NCBI GenBank assembly: GCA_047495785.1
Contig: JBLDXI010000042.1
Span: 3,658,001 to 3,722,000 of the forward strand
Direction: 5' to 3'
DNA from: Lepidodermella squamata
Taxonomy: Eukaryota; Animalia; Gastrotricha
DNA: 64,000 bases
Positions 45,979 through 59,899 of the stretch are shown here, piece by piece. The notes beneath the pieces were generated by a model. It saw only the letters and a program-made list of their open reading frames with translations. It ran no database searches and had not been told where the DNA came from. Every line of letters starts with the position of its first letter. Positions within the stretch are counted from its first letter, which is position 1. Made by a program: the position numbers and the translations under genes.

Positions 45979-48975
45979 GATTATTTATCGCGGAAGTTTT
46001 GCCCCGGCGACATCCTTTTTATACCTGATGCTTGGATATTTGAACTTGCCAATAAACATCGTTAATTGGTCATACCTGTCTCATCCGGCAAAACAAGCGC
46101 TCAGCCGTGACAGGCTATACGTCTTACTTTTTAGCTTCACTGTAGACATTGCCACCTATTTTTTGCATACTTATATTCACGGCATTTACTTCGCAATTGT
46201 ACTAGATGCAAAACAAAGGAGATGCAGGTGATAATAGAAAATGACATTGATATTAGGTCGAGTCGATTCTGTCTTCGGAAAAATTCTAAATATTGAATAG
46301 TCGACTGGACTTCGCTAATAATAGGGCAAATTTTCGTGTTACCGAGTTGCCTTTAAAGTCAAACGGGAATCACACTCAGTTTTGATTGATATAATTGCTG
46401 GTCTCGGCTAATTTATGTCTTCGCTTCGCAAACTCTGACTCATAATATATACGACGAATTCAGGCATTTTTTTATTCTAATATATCACGTGGTCATATAA
46501 AACACGTCTCATTAGCAACTAAAGCCCAATAAAAAATGTGTGACAAGTTTGCCTATAAACCTAGCGAAACTGGGTGAAACATTTTGAAAGTGAAGTACTA
46601 AAGGCCGGATCATCCATTAGGCACTGGAAATACTTTATATAAAGCCTAATAGGTAGCATGTCTTCACTCTTAGCGATGAAATGATACTAATTAGACTAAG
46701 CACAGTCGAGTTATAAACTGCCTCATTTCCTGGAACTTCCGTATGCTGTGGGTTTGATGTTTGTCCACTCCTTATCCCGGTGAAACTTCCTACTTTTATG
46801 GGGCAATCCAATTAGGACAAATACTCACATGAGCTAATTAAATTTCAAATATCTTTATTTGGTCAGACATGTATGGTGTTCCAAAATACTTTCATTCTAC
46901 CGTAATTATAAATTAAAATTAAACGCCAGAATTACGGCGTATCCCATAAGTTGCGAAGGCAATTTCTAATTTTGCATATTTTACTTCACAATTAAAATTT
47001 GATTTTCAAAAAAAATTAAATAACAAATACAAAACGAATTAGTAATTCTTATTCGCGATTTTGCATAATAGAAAAACGAATTTACCGGAGAAAATCCAGA
47101 AAAACCCGACGGTAACTGGTTTGGTAACTTTCGTGATTTTACCCGGATGGGTCGAATTCCTTCAGACTTATTTATTCAAAATGAAACTTCTAATTCCGAA
47201 TTTTTCTGTCAGAAGGCAAGACTTTGCCTCTCATTTTAGGCCTCTGGTCTTTCAACTGTGAATTTTTTTCGAAACACGCTTTCACGTGGTAATAACATGA
47301 ATTTGAAACAAACGGCTGTAAAATTCTGTCATTATTGTTTTATTCCTCATCAACATTATTCAAACCGCACTTTTCATCTATACCCCGGTACTCTAAATAG
47401 TAAATGGTGTTTTAATCGAAACTAGTGCAAAAATGCGACCCGAACCCTAGGCCAACACGCTAGAAAACCGGCCGATTGCCGATTCCCCGATTAGCTGCTG
47501 CAATTGCGGTGGCAAACATGCCGCGAGCTCGAGGGAATGCCCTCTGCGCCTGCCTTCGGCGGGCTGAAACGAACATGCACATGGGAAATTGTGATTTCGA
47601 AAGAAATTGCAATTTCAAGACGGGTCGAGTGGTTACTGGGATTTCTAACGAAATCCTAGTTGCCACTGCTCAAAATTTGGGAAAAATTAAGGATGGGATA
47701 GTTGGGATTCCCTGCATGGCGGGGTTGCCCTGGTTGGGTGGAGACGGGGGTTGGTTAAGCTGGTCCCGCCCGGCAGTGATGACCCACGCCTGATCCGTCG
47801 TCTGTGATCTCACGATTGCAGTGGCGCTGTCGGGACCGCACTTGATTGGTCCGGTCGGCGCGGCTCTCTGAGCCAAATGCCCCAGTAGGTTAGGGGGCCC
47901 CGAACTTATGACGCAACACAAAAAACTACCAAGACTGGCTCGCATGGTAATGGGGTCGCATGGTATTGTCAGTGTGGGTGTGACTGTCAGTATGCCTCTC
48001 AGCTATCAGCTAAATTCTCTGACTTGTTTATTTTTTCTCGAAATTAAAATCCATAATTATTTTATAATATTAATTGAATATTCAACATTTTCCCCGTTAA
48101 CCGCTACGGCCGTTTGCGGGAACTTGAAGAAGGCACGCTGACCGTGGACGAGGCTGAAAAGATCGACAAAGCTCATTAGATAAAAAGCCATCACTTCAAC
48201 ACCGGTGTTGGCATACGAAGAATTTGAACCAGTAGACTGTCTAAATTATTCAAAAAATACTGAAAGTCTAAATTGAGATCTGCGCCTGTTATAAATCTGT
48301 GCAATTTTTAGCAAGACGAATTTTTTGAAGTGAATTTCATTGTGCAATTAATTTGAATTTCCAATCTCACCTTAAACTCAGTTTCCTTGCCTTCCATGAC
48401 AAATCTTATTGAATGAATTTGACGAAAATAATGCTGTATTTATTGCGAAAATTAATGACTCGCCTTTTCAATTTTATAGATGAAGATTTTTCTCTGATGT
48501 TTTTGGAATAACACTTCTTCTCGTCAAAACGCGATTCACCCGACTTTCGAAGACTTCAACGATCGGCCTCAAGTACGGCTGTCTGCCCTACTGCGCACCC
48601 AGCCCGTCAAGGTCGAAAACGGGACATCAAAAGCCCATTTCAACTAATTATCTGTCATTAACAAATCATCGAACTATAGCGGAATGAAATATTGGAACAA
48701 AAATTTCATCGGAATGTTATCTTGCTGCCTTAATTTATAATTACCGGCCTAGTTATGATTAATAAAAGGATTCGGCAATTCATTTTCGGCAATGAGAATC
48801 TATGTTAGTGGCGATGAAAGGGCTTTTCATGCTTATGAATGGCTATCGCTTCCAAAGGCTTGGCAAGAATGCGTGGGCCTCTTCAAAGGCTAGCCACGCC
48901 GTTCTTCATTTGACGCAATAAAATTTCAAGCGAAATTAAAATAAATATCAAATTTTTCTGAATTTTCGCAAAATT

Positions 48976-50158
48976 ATGCCACCGCCATCTATGAGGCCTT
49001 ACGATATGGTCGGCTATGAGGGTGGCCAAGGTTATTGGGGCCCTGTAACAGCAAATATTGACTGGTGCGAGGCGAATTACGAAATGACTATTTACGTTGC
49101 TGAATTTTGTAAAATCAATCTGATTTTCAGAGTTATTTTTAAAGGTTTTTAATAATTTTTAGGGAACGCTTTATCGAGTTTGGCCATCGTTTTTCTTCCG
49201 ATAATTGGCAGCTATGAGTCCTATAAAACTAAACGTATTGAATTTCGTTACATCGCGCCCTCGGTTGCAATGTCCAGTATGATTTTTCACTAATTATTCA
49301 ATCAATAATCTTGAAATTTTAACTTTATAGTCGTGGGAATCGGTTCAGTTTTGTTTCACATGACCCTATTAAAGCATTTCCAACTCGCCGATGAGCTGCC
49401 GATGATTTTTGGCGTCGTCGCTTATTTTTATGCTGTTTATGAACTGCCGACCAAGAAACCGCGACGGAATTATTTACTAATGCTCGCCCTGGCTGCTACA
49501 ACATTTTGCTCAGTTTATGTATGGAAATTCATTTTTGAATTTTTTTACCTCACATTTTTTCTTATTTTTTTGAATTCTCTCAATGTTTTCTAATAATTTT
49601 AAATTTTCATTGAAATTTCTTAATTTTTTTATGAAATGTATTCAACAGCTCTACATATTCTACGGCAATCGGGTGGTTTTTGAAGCTAGCTATATTCTAA
49701 TTTTAATTGCTGGCTCTGTGAATCTGGGTCGAATTTCAAAGCAATTAGATACGAGTTTGGTCCGGCTTCTCAGCATTGCAGTAGGTCTATGCCTAGCAGC
49801 CGGCCTTGTTTGGGCAATCGACCGAATTTCCTGCGATAATTTGACGTGAGTGGATTTATTTTCGAAAACGACGTGATTACCTAATCGAATTTTTCAAGGT
49901 TTTTGAGGCGAAATGTTTTGCCGCCAAGTTTGAGGCCTTTTAGCCAACTGCACGCCGCTTGGCACTTGATGTCATCATTAGCGACTCATCTGCTAATTGT
50001 AACCACCTTGAAAGCCAGACTGTTCATTCTTGCGAAGCAAAACAATTTGAAGGTAAAACAGTTGAAGAATTAATCATATATTTTTGAAAAATGCCTCGTG
50101 TTTGTCGTAGCTCTGGCTTGGAATCATCCCGACATATAAAAAGGAGGCTGAAAGCTAA
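48976..50158 (+). CDS. ACER3: Alkaline ceramidase (ACER3/YPC1-like), 6 exons (48976-49108, 49163-49276, 49331-49518, 49649-49845, 49899-50052, 50111-50158)
   Basis: GYWGPVTANIDWCEANY..IYVAEF|WNALSS; GIGSVLFHMTL..FQLADELPMI; WAIDRISC; QLHAAWH. These are the CREST-family zinc-binding motifs; all junctions keep frame. Confidence 0.92.
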
Positions 50159-50357
50159 GTCAGACCAATCGGAACCTTTTGGATTTGTCTTTTCATTGAG
50201 ATGAATAAAAGAAAAAAGATAATGCGCAATCCATTTATTTTTACTTTCATATCGACAATAATAGAAAACACCAAAGACAACTCAATACCATGGCGGAAAA
50301 CACAACACAAAGATTTGCCTTTTTGTAAATTTGGTCCAAAACGTGCCATCTTAAAAA

Positions 50358-50488
50358 TTGAGGTTCCAGCAGCTCTTCAACCCTTTCAATTTTCCTTCCT
50401 TGATCGATAATGAAACTGGCCCCCTGCTATGTGCTAATTGCTATATCAATTCATCGAATACATCGCGAATTTGGTGCTGGAACGTCAA
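50358..50488. repeat. Short MITE-like element with TGAGGTTCCAGCA ends
   Basis: TTGAGGTTCCAGCA...TGCTGGAACGTCAA inverted ends; same family as 16530-16977. Confidence 0.55.
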
Positions 50489-50799
50489 ATTAAATGGTAT
50501 ATGCCTTTTAGCCCACCCTTTTAAATTGTGATAATAAATTCTAATTTTAGCTTCTAGTTTTATTTGAAAGAGCTCGCCGTCAAGACGGGAAGAATAAACG
50601 AAAAGACTTACAATTTATAGCTGTATAACGGGTTCTTTGTAGGAAAAGTCAACCTAACGGTGAACGCTGTTAATGACTATATAATGACCTGCCGTTTGCT
50701 GTGGAAATCAGTCTTGGATTCGTACATTGATACTGTTTGTGAGCTGTTTCTAATGAGCTGCTACTGTGGCATATGGTTGACGTTTGTTGTAAAGAACCT

Positions 50800-53550
50800 G
50801 CTTGCATAGTGTCACAAAATGTAGGAAATTTTCAAAGAAACTGAAAATGACCCCCGGTCAGCGTATCCCACTTCATCGCAACTTCATCGATTGGGACGAC
50901 GACTGGGACGAAGAAGAAATAAGGGACGATGAGCACGAAGACTCGCCACCCTTAGCTGAGTGGGAAATAGCGGAGATGCAGCGATTTCTCATCGAGCTAG
51001 CCCAAGACCCCCTGTTGCTAAGGATGCGCCAAGTACAAAACCCCGTGCGCGAAGGAGCGATCCTACGAAGCTCCGATATGTTCGACGTCTTCATAGTAAA
51101 CGTCATTCTAGAAGACATTAGAAACCTATTCGTAGGCTAGAATAATCGTTCAAATCATACAAATAAACTAGCAAATAGAAAATAAGCTAGCTGCGAGAGG
51201 CTTCATGTTCTTTTGTTGTTTAGAAAGTTATAAAGCTAAAAGAAACAGCTTGAACTTTATCAATGGCAAGCAAAAGACAGCTAGAAGAAGAAGCCGACCG
51301 CATCCGCATTGCCTTAGCGCAATCAGCATACGGACAAATAAAACCAGAAAATATAAACTATTCACGTATCTGTTACTCGAGTTACTCAAACTACAGGTTT
51401 GATATAACTCTGTCACGGGAACAAGGATTCACGCTTTTTGGTAACTGAAGAAAGTAGAAGAAATAAAGCTTCGAGAAGAACCCGGTTTTATTGAGTTAGC
51501 GATCTGGGTATTTACAGTGTTAACGGAAGCCCGCATATATTGGTGGCAGGCGGTATTCTCGAAAATAAGTCAGTACTTGGTTCTTGAGCTATCTCACACG
51601 GAGGCATGACAGCAGACATCACGGTAGCCAAATACATTTCACACACCGAGATTATCTCGGACGAAACGCTTGAAAATGTTGATGGGACTTGGGGGGAATT
51701 TGAGGCTTGGGCAGTCGCAGCCGGGGCTAAGGACTCAGTAATTAACGAGTATAAATCCGCAGTTGCGAGGGCTATAGCTATTCTGCGACGGCTGAGTTTA
51801 AGGCGGCAGATATGAACGCGGAGCAGAAAGCGGCGGCCAAGGCCATTGAAGGGGCTTTGGGGCTCTTGCCTGCATAATTGTCCTCGAGCAGGTTGAGGGA
51901 CATTTGGAAGGCAAGAATAACGACGCCCGATACTCTGCAACCAGCCAAGTCGTGGCTGCTTGCTATCTCCGTAGGACTTGACATTAAAGAAACTTAATTT
52001 CATGGTTGAACTGCTACCTTGTGCATGCGCCATTTTGCTAAATAGTGATTCAGGTAAGACTCGGTATGACAGTCGGACGTGATAAGAAAGCCAGACAACA
52101 CGTTGCGAAGACGAGGCGATTTCGAGAGGCAGCAAACCGGCCAGTCAATAATCCAAAATTAGTCATTCTCTGGACGGGTTGATGACGAAGAATCACCCGT
52201 GGAGACTCGCATCGTAACAACACCGCACAATTACGGATTGCTGAAAAAGGAGAGCAGTCTTAGTTTGAGTAAGCCGGGAAATGCTCGGTCTTACCGGGCT
52301 GAAGGATAGGTGATCGCCGATGAGGGTGCCTGGTTAGCGGCAGAGGCAGCTGCACTATCGGTAGCCGAGCGGGAAGCGAGCAAATAAGGCTTCCAGAGGC
52401 GAAGTTCATCACTGGATAGCAAACCAATGGTCAGCAAAGCAAACGCATACAGTGACTGCGGCGGCAATCGGAAGGTGCTAGCAAAAGGCCAGCTATAGCC
52501 CCTCTAGGGTTGTTACATTTTCAATGTTGCGCGCTTTTGTTAGCTAATACATTGTTGTCAGGCGTTGTATTACGTGATGTCGCGCCGGCCAGGGAGGCAG
52601 TAGCCACAGCTCTCACTTCGAAATTACAGGAGTAATTTGTTATTGAGAGGGATGCTGTAACCCATAGGTAGTCTGAGCGGTAGCGTGAGCAGTACTAGCT
52701 TGATTGGTCCCAGATGTGACACTGCGGAAAGCTATGTTCACCGGAGACTGTCACTTTGCATGTCGCGCCAACTACCGACGCTGCAGGTCGGACGGCACGC
52801 CAAACTGCCAAACAACTAAACGCGTAGCGAATATGCGCGCCTACGCACCGCATTCATAGATACGCGGCAGAAATTAGCGCATGCGCGCGCTCGTCAGAAA
52901 CAATCAGGGTACAAGATCGTTGCTTGTACGTGTCAGATCGTTGCTACAATCAGGGTAGCAAAAACAGCGAACCCTTCCAAGAAAGCGAGTTGGTATGGCT
53001 ACATAATCCCGTGGCAAAGAAAGGGCAGTCAGCTAAGTTTCACTGCGCGTGGAGCGGACCATACACACCGTTGTGGCGCACCATGTTGTGGCGCATACGG
53101 TTGTTCCAAGCAAAAAGTAGTCCATCTGTAGCGCTAGCATATTTGGCGCGACACCAGAGCCGCACGTAGTCGAACCCGTCTACTGGAGCCAAGTGACCAC
53201 CGACGAAGTCGCGTACCCTTCAGGCCATACGTCTCTGACATCGTTGGAGGACGATAGCAACCAATGGCCGGAGCTTATAACGACTTGGAGCGAGCACTCC
53301 GGGATCGATGGTGGTACGAGCTTGAAGCGGAGTCCCGTAGCAACGTAATCGAGACGAGGCTGTGGAATCCCGCACCGCCGCAGCCAGCAGAGCCAATACC
53401 ACTCGATAAGCTTGAGGAAGAACGCCATTCGGGGTGCCCGTGGCAGCAGTCGGACAGAAAAATAGATATTGATGAGACAGAGAATCTTAGATTTTGTATA
53501 GGTAGTCGTTGGCGTAATCATGCAAGTCAGAAACTTGTCCTCTAAGAAGA
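50800..53550 (+). mobile_element. Degraded Ty3/Gypsy LTR-retrotransposon remnant (boundaries uncertain)
   Basis: FQESELVWLHNPVAKKGQSAKFHCAWSGPY (~52975-53065) matches the Gypsy integrase C-terminal GPY/F module. Broken coding-like frames at 51550-52050 may be gag. No LTR pair identified. Confidence 0.55.
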
Positions 53551-56500
53551 GCAAAGAGCAGAACCCAGTTCCAATAAGATTGAACGTGCCAGCTCGGTTC
53601 TTGCCCTTAATTTCCTCGCGTGAGCAGGGCATGTGGAAGTAAACCTCGACAGCACAGTCAAATTTGAGATCCGACACCTCATTATTACATTAAACCCGCC
53701 TAGAACTCTGTTCCTGCCAGACTGATCAATTCCCGCTTACTTTGTTCTAAAGATATGTTACATATTATTACGGGTAGTAATTTTCAATTCTCCGCCCTCT
53801 ACTTCTATGCAACATGGTATGGGACTTCTAATGCCCGAAGATAAAAAAAGAACATCAGCATGGCGCCATTCATTTCGCTCGAGCTGCGATCATGTCCCCG
53901 AATAGCCAATCGACATCATTAATTGCCCCTACAAAAGATATTGATTATTGATTATTGATTATTAAATATTATGAAATCATGAACCTTCTCGATGCTAAAA
54001 TGATCTTGCCTTTTTCTTGCTTTGGTCGTGGTATCATTCGTGCAGCAATGACGACGTAGGATTTAATTTGCACTAAAAATAAGAAGCCAATTTCAAGTTG
54101 AACGAAAGGACAAGGTTGTCGGAATATTTGTTAGATGCTATAAGCTATAAAGCGTTGGGCTAGGCTAAGAACTAAGGAGTAACTGTGCAGGAGTATCTTT
54201 AGTAAAATTATATGACCGGTTATTGAAACTTAAAGTCAATGCCCTGGACTGGTGTTGTATTGCAATTGCAAAGTAACAACTTATTCATGTAACAAAGGAA
54301 TGATAAAAACATACTGGCCCATCGCTCATACCGATGGGTGCATTCCTCTCGCAGAGTTCTGGTTATTTTCAATCCGCATCACTCGAACGATTTGCAGCGT
54401 GTCTGTAATATCGAATTAACACATCTGGGTTAATTACATATCGGTGGACCCATGCATTGCATGTTATTCTTTTTCCGCTTCTGCGGTCTCGCTATATTTC
54501 TGCCAGCAACCGTGGTGTAAACCGTTGTGTTCCGCGGTAGTCATTTATATGGCTCGCGTATATGTCAAAATTGGTTTTGCTTTAATCACTGAACCAAATT
54601 TGTTATTACTGTTCCGATATCCCATCTTGAAGCACCATCTTGGCGGCTAAAATAATTTCCGCGGAAACAATTCATCCAGGCCGTTTTTATTTTCTATGCA
54701 TTTGGAAGATGAAATGGAAATAAAACAAAGGTTAATGAAAAGTGCGTATGCCGGATGAAAAGATCGGATTAAGCTATCCAAACGGTACAACAACCAAATT
54801 TTGGCGTTAAATGAAAATATGTACTTGGGTAATCAAAGAATAGCACGTCAAAGCGAAATGCACGATCAGGTCGATGAATTTCTGATTTAAGACTTAAGGA
54901 AAGGACTCGAGGAGCATTTTTAAAGACTTGAATTCAACGGAAAAGAGTAGTATATTTTCCAGATTCAAGTTCAAAAAATGCGGCAAGTCTTCAATATAAG
55001 GCCATAAAATCGAATACTCATCGATTATCGCTCAATTCGTGCAGTGACTATCGGTATTTCAACGATCCGCAGATCATTAAGTCGAAAGCCTTTGAAAATC
55101 GAGAATTCGAGAAATCGATAACTCTATTGGCTAGAATAATGCCTATTTGGACATTGATGACTGCATAGTCAAAAATAGAGCTTTTTTAATTGTGAATTTT
55201 GCATAAATCAAAATTAGTTTTATCTGAAACTTTCCCAACATTTTAAATTCTTTAGATTCGTGAGATTTTATTAGTATTTCATTCTTGGATAACAAGTAAT
55301 ATCTTCAGCGAAAATGCAGTTTCAAGTATCAGCTGCTTTATTGCACCGCCAATTTCAGGGGATTTTGAATGGAAAATTTACTCCGATTTGCTTAGATTTT
55401 ACTTCAGAATTTTATATAGCTTGGTTATTTACGGCCTCCTTTGATCAATTGAACAATATACTTCAGTGCTGCGCCCAACTATTGCTATCCCTGCTTTTTG
55501 CGTGAATATAAATGATACAATCAATTTGGCATTCAAGCCCTCCAAGGATCTTATAGGAAATTAGCTATTCCCTATGCTAAATAAACTCATTAATTAGTCA
55601 CCCAGGATTTTCTCATTCGCAATAATAGAAAAAATAGGGCACGAATTTCGCTCATCATCAGAAAACTGGGCATTTCTTCTTCTGCGGCATTTTTCATCAT
55701 AGTATGACATAAAAGAGAGATGACCAGCCACGTGAATCAATCGATAATTAGGTCGAAAATTCTGAAAAATTGGTCAAATCCCCATTTTCACTTGTCATCA
55801 CCAGATTTGTCGCCATACCTGTGCGCGTTTGTTGTGTGCGCCGGCGCCGCTTTTTCGGTCAATATACATAACACGAAATATTGCAGCAACACGGCAGTGC
55901 CTACCACAGACTATATCACATGCCGTGGCAAAACAGCAACCCACCTGCGTGTTGCTCTATATTGATTTTGCCCCGCCAGCGCCGCGCGCCGCTCTACACA
56001 CGATACTTCCTCCACCCAAGTGAGCGCGTAGTATTTCGCAGTTTGCCCGCCGCCTTAATAAGCTACAGAAGCTTATGCGCACAGACATGATGATGTCCAG
56101 TGATGAGTGGTCTCATACTTCCGCTCTTCCCCGTATAATCAGTGTCACATTAGCGTCTGGTGGGGATGAATACCGCCATTAGTTTATATCATTGACCGCA
56201 AACTTGTTCCGGGTCTGTGGCACTGAGAAGTTTGCACTTGATTAGGGGATTAGTTTTGCCTTATTCGGACAATCGAGATCTGAATAAGGTCATCGATTCC
56301 TATACTTTTGCTAACTTTCATTTTATTATCGGACAGAATTATAGAAACCACTGTCGCCTTAAACCTTGGTTGATGATAATGCGGATTAGTACCTTTATTA
56401 TTTATTCATCCTAGGACGCACGTTATTATTCACCTTGCGCATATCACTCATTTTTAGTTAATTTTTTTAATAACTATTTTATTTAAAGTAACGAAGGCTA

Positions 56501-56592
56501 ACTTGGAAGAAAAAGGGATATGGTGAAATCATTACAAAATTATTGAATTCTGTACCGAATTATCCACATCCCCGATTTTAAGACCCAGCCTT

Positions 56593-56648
56593 CAACCCAA
56601 ACCTAACCCAAACCTAATCCTAACCCTAACCCTAACCTAACCATAACC
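56593..56648. repeat. Degenerate telomere-like (CCCTAA)n patch; a similar (TTAGGG)n patch at ~61185-61210
   Basis: CAACCCAAACCTAACCCAAACCTAATCCTAACCCTAACCCTAACCTAACC seen directly. Confidence 0.6.
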
Positions 56649-57665
56649 AGCTAAATGACGAGTAAAATGGTTACGTATTAAATAAAATGAAATTTGGTAC
56701 CGGCGTAAGATTTTCCCTATAAAAAACAGTGTTTACGAGTTCAGAAAAAGCCATTTGTTAAAATTTGTTAAACATTTGATATCCTTAGAGCACGAGGGGT
56801 GCCGATTTCCGATGATTGTAAAAAATTTGGGAATTTTCGCATTTTACCTCGATTTAAAAAAAAAACAATTAGCGAATGTACCACAAGAGCTCTTATTTTA
56901 ATGAACCCCAGTTTTTCTGTTTTAAATAATCAGAAAAAATATTAAATTTGTTTGAAATTTTCAGGACACATAGGGGTGCCTTTTTTCAAGCTTTGCAATT
57001 TTTAAATTTTACCTAATATTCACCTTCAAGTTTTCCCAGAAAATGTAGTGTCCCAAGGAATCCCAAGACGGCGCTTAGAGATAAATTGCTTGATTAATTT
57101 GTGAAAATCAGGTAAAAGTCAGGTTGAAAATCACATTTCACATTTCACAATGCTTTGTATTGCTTAGTTGTAGATGTTAACAGAAGTTTAGCCCGGGGAA
57201 ACTTACCTATGGACGGCTGAAAACGCCCCCTTTTTAACACGTTCAAGGTTAAATAATAAATTTGAAAAGGCGCAAATTTCGCAAATTTAACCACCTTATT
57301 GTCTTTTTTGTCTCATGCCGTTCCCTCAATTCGGACCAGAGAATTTGCTCTATCCGTATTATGGCCTTCCGGTTTGGACGAAGATTACGGAGAAGCGTGT
57401 CATTTGACTGATATAAATCCCGTGCGCACATGCGGCACGCGCCAATACGCCAGTTGTGACCTAGGCCACGCCTGAAAAACCACAAACACATTTGAATTTT
57501 CAATTGCACAATTTTTCAAAAATTTACATTTTTCATAAATTATTTAGCATTTTTGTCTCGATCGATTTCTATTTTAAACCCAACCCTACTCGAAAATTTG
57601 TCTATTTTAGCCTGAATCATTTTACCCTTTTAATCGTTATTTTTAGGTTTTTTTTATGAGCGACG

Positions 57666-59899
57666 ATGGCTAAATTACCGACCTGGTACAATCAGTGCGA
57701 GAATTTGCGCATCGTCGACGGCCTCAATGAGACTTGGAACCCTATCCAAGCATCGCTCGACATTGCACACGGCACCTACCTCACGCTGAAATGCTACGGC
57801 CAAGTTCGAGCGAAAACAGGCAAAAGCTTCGTATCGTCATGGGTCGATGACTTTCCTAACGATGTTCGATACTTCTGGTCATTCAGCATGGTAGATGCGC
57901 AAGTCATTTTCGCCCTAACAGTTATTTGGACCCTGGCACGGATGTACCTCGTTAAAAGCGTTTTTGAGGTTAATTTAAATATTTTTTTTTAAATTTTAAA
58001 AAAATTTCAAATTCTTCAAATCGTTCAAATTATTATTTTCAATATTTTCAAAACAGTTTTTAAAATTTTAAAATTTCTGAATATTTGTTGAATATTTTTC
58101 AAATTTTTCAAATTTTTTAGCGCTTTGCGAGGAACACTGGCGTTATGGAGCATAACATAGCGAAATTTGGCGAATCGATGTGGAAATTTGTCGCTTACGG
58201 ATTTATGTGGACAGCGGCTGTTTACGTGACGTTTTTCCGCGGCTACGACTACTTCGAACGCCCGCTTCAACTATGGCGAGACCACGTGCCGAATTCGAAC
58301 CCGTTAGACCTCAGCATTATCTACGCCATCGAAACCAGTTTCTACGTCCACTCAATCTACGCAACGCTGTACATGGACGCGTGGCGCAAGGATAGTATAG
58401 TAATGATGGTTCATCATTTAGTCACCTTGTCGCTTATTGTCGTGTCGTACGCTGTTGGTTTCCTCAAAATTGGCGTCATCATTTTCGTCCTCGATGATAT
58501 CAGTGATGTTGTACTTGAATCGGGCAAGTGCGCGACTTATATGCGGCATCGCAAGTGCGGATTTTCGCGGTTTTACGACGCGCTTTCCAACGTCATGGGT
58601 GTGATATTCGCCGTGCAATGGTAAGCGTAAAAGCTTCAATTTAATTTTGACCATAATTCAAGTTAATTTTCGAAATTTATTTCCCTAATTTTGATTCAAA
58701 CTTCATCGTTCCGAAGTAGGATTTTTTGGGAGAAAAAATCGACGAGCCGACAAAATGCTGAATTTTTTTTTAATTATTTTTGCCTCGGAAATTGATCTCA
58801 GACTTCGGCAGATACCTCGGAAATTCATAGTAAAATATTAGAATCCTCAATCAAGGTTTGAACCCTTATCAGGATCCTCAATGAGTTATTAAATAGTTAG
58901 TTAGGATAAATTGGCTCCTTAATTAATTGGGATCCTCAAGTTTTTAGGAAAATGTTTTAATTTTTTTCAGAATAGCTTTCAGCCCAGCTTAAACGGAACC
59001 GATTATTTTCAAACTTTAGGGTTCCAGCTTACAATTTTGCCAATTTTAACGTTTTCCTTAGAATCTTGCCTAACTGATAGGTCGTCGAACAAAAATTTCA
59101 CCGTATGATTTAGCCATTTGCGAATTGAGCAAAGTTTTCCTACAATGTCAGCAATTTGCATAAAACTAATTGAAAAAATCCCTTTATTACACACTGATTA
59201 GAAAAAATTCGATAACTTTCGGGGTTTTGAAATGTTTTTATATATAATATCCAACATAGCATTTGGACATTTCCAAAAAATGGCCCAATGATTTTTGCGC
59301 TATGATTGGTTTTGAGTTCAATCTCTAGGACTGATATCGATTTCCAGTATTGATTTAACAAATCAGTAATTTTCCTGAAAGCAGCATTATAGGACGGCAA
59401 CAATTACTGGCCATAAATAACAGATAACTGAAATATAAAATCCCATATTTTTAGGGTACAGGGTGCATCATTATCGACCACGAAAGGATAAAATCGTAAA
59501 TATCGAAAAAATTGCTAAATTTATTGCGGTGATCTCAATTTTGGTATTGCTCCATTTTATCGGTTTTTCACAAAAAATTTTTCGTATTTTAGGGCGGTTC
59601 TTCGGCTAATCATGCATACCACTAAAGTATGGCGGTCAGCGTCAATAGGAGTCTGGGTATCCTGCCCGGCTCTACCCGTGCCATTCCACATATTTTTCAT
59701 CACATTCCTCGGCAGTCTCTTCCTATTCTACGCGTACTGGTTCGTGTTCATCGCCATGTTCGTCGTGCGAATTCTCAGCGGCACCCAGGGCTCGGCTGAG
59801 GACCCGCGAGAGGACGAGGACAAAAATCGGCTGAAACCCCGTGACGACGGCACCCCGCTCGCTAAAAGGCCTGCTCAGTACAACGCGAAAGAAGAGTGA
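57666..59899 (+). CDS. CERS1: Ceramide synthase (CerS1/LAG1-like, TLC domain, no Hox domain), 3 exons (57666-57968, 58121-58620, 59593-59899)
   Basis: KFGESMWKFVAY; FYVHSIYATLYMDAWRKDSIVMMVHHLVTLSLIVVSY..IGVIIFVLDDISDVVLESGK (Lag1p motif); W|AVLRL; YWFVFI; EDPRE tail. Confidence 0.92.

Noticed and set aside
47460-48141. Overlapping GC-rich ORFs upstream of ACER3
   Set aside because: No recognisable motif or splice structure; likely repeat-derived.
58486-58510. CerS Lag1p motif reads LDDISD instead of the usual animal LHDISD
   Set aside because: The essential HH pair and both Asp residues are intact, and yeast Lag1 also lacks His at this position, so this is not evidence of inactivation.
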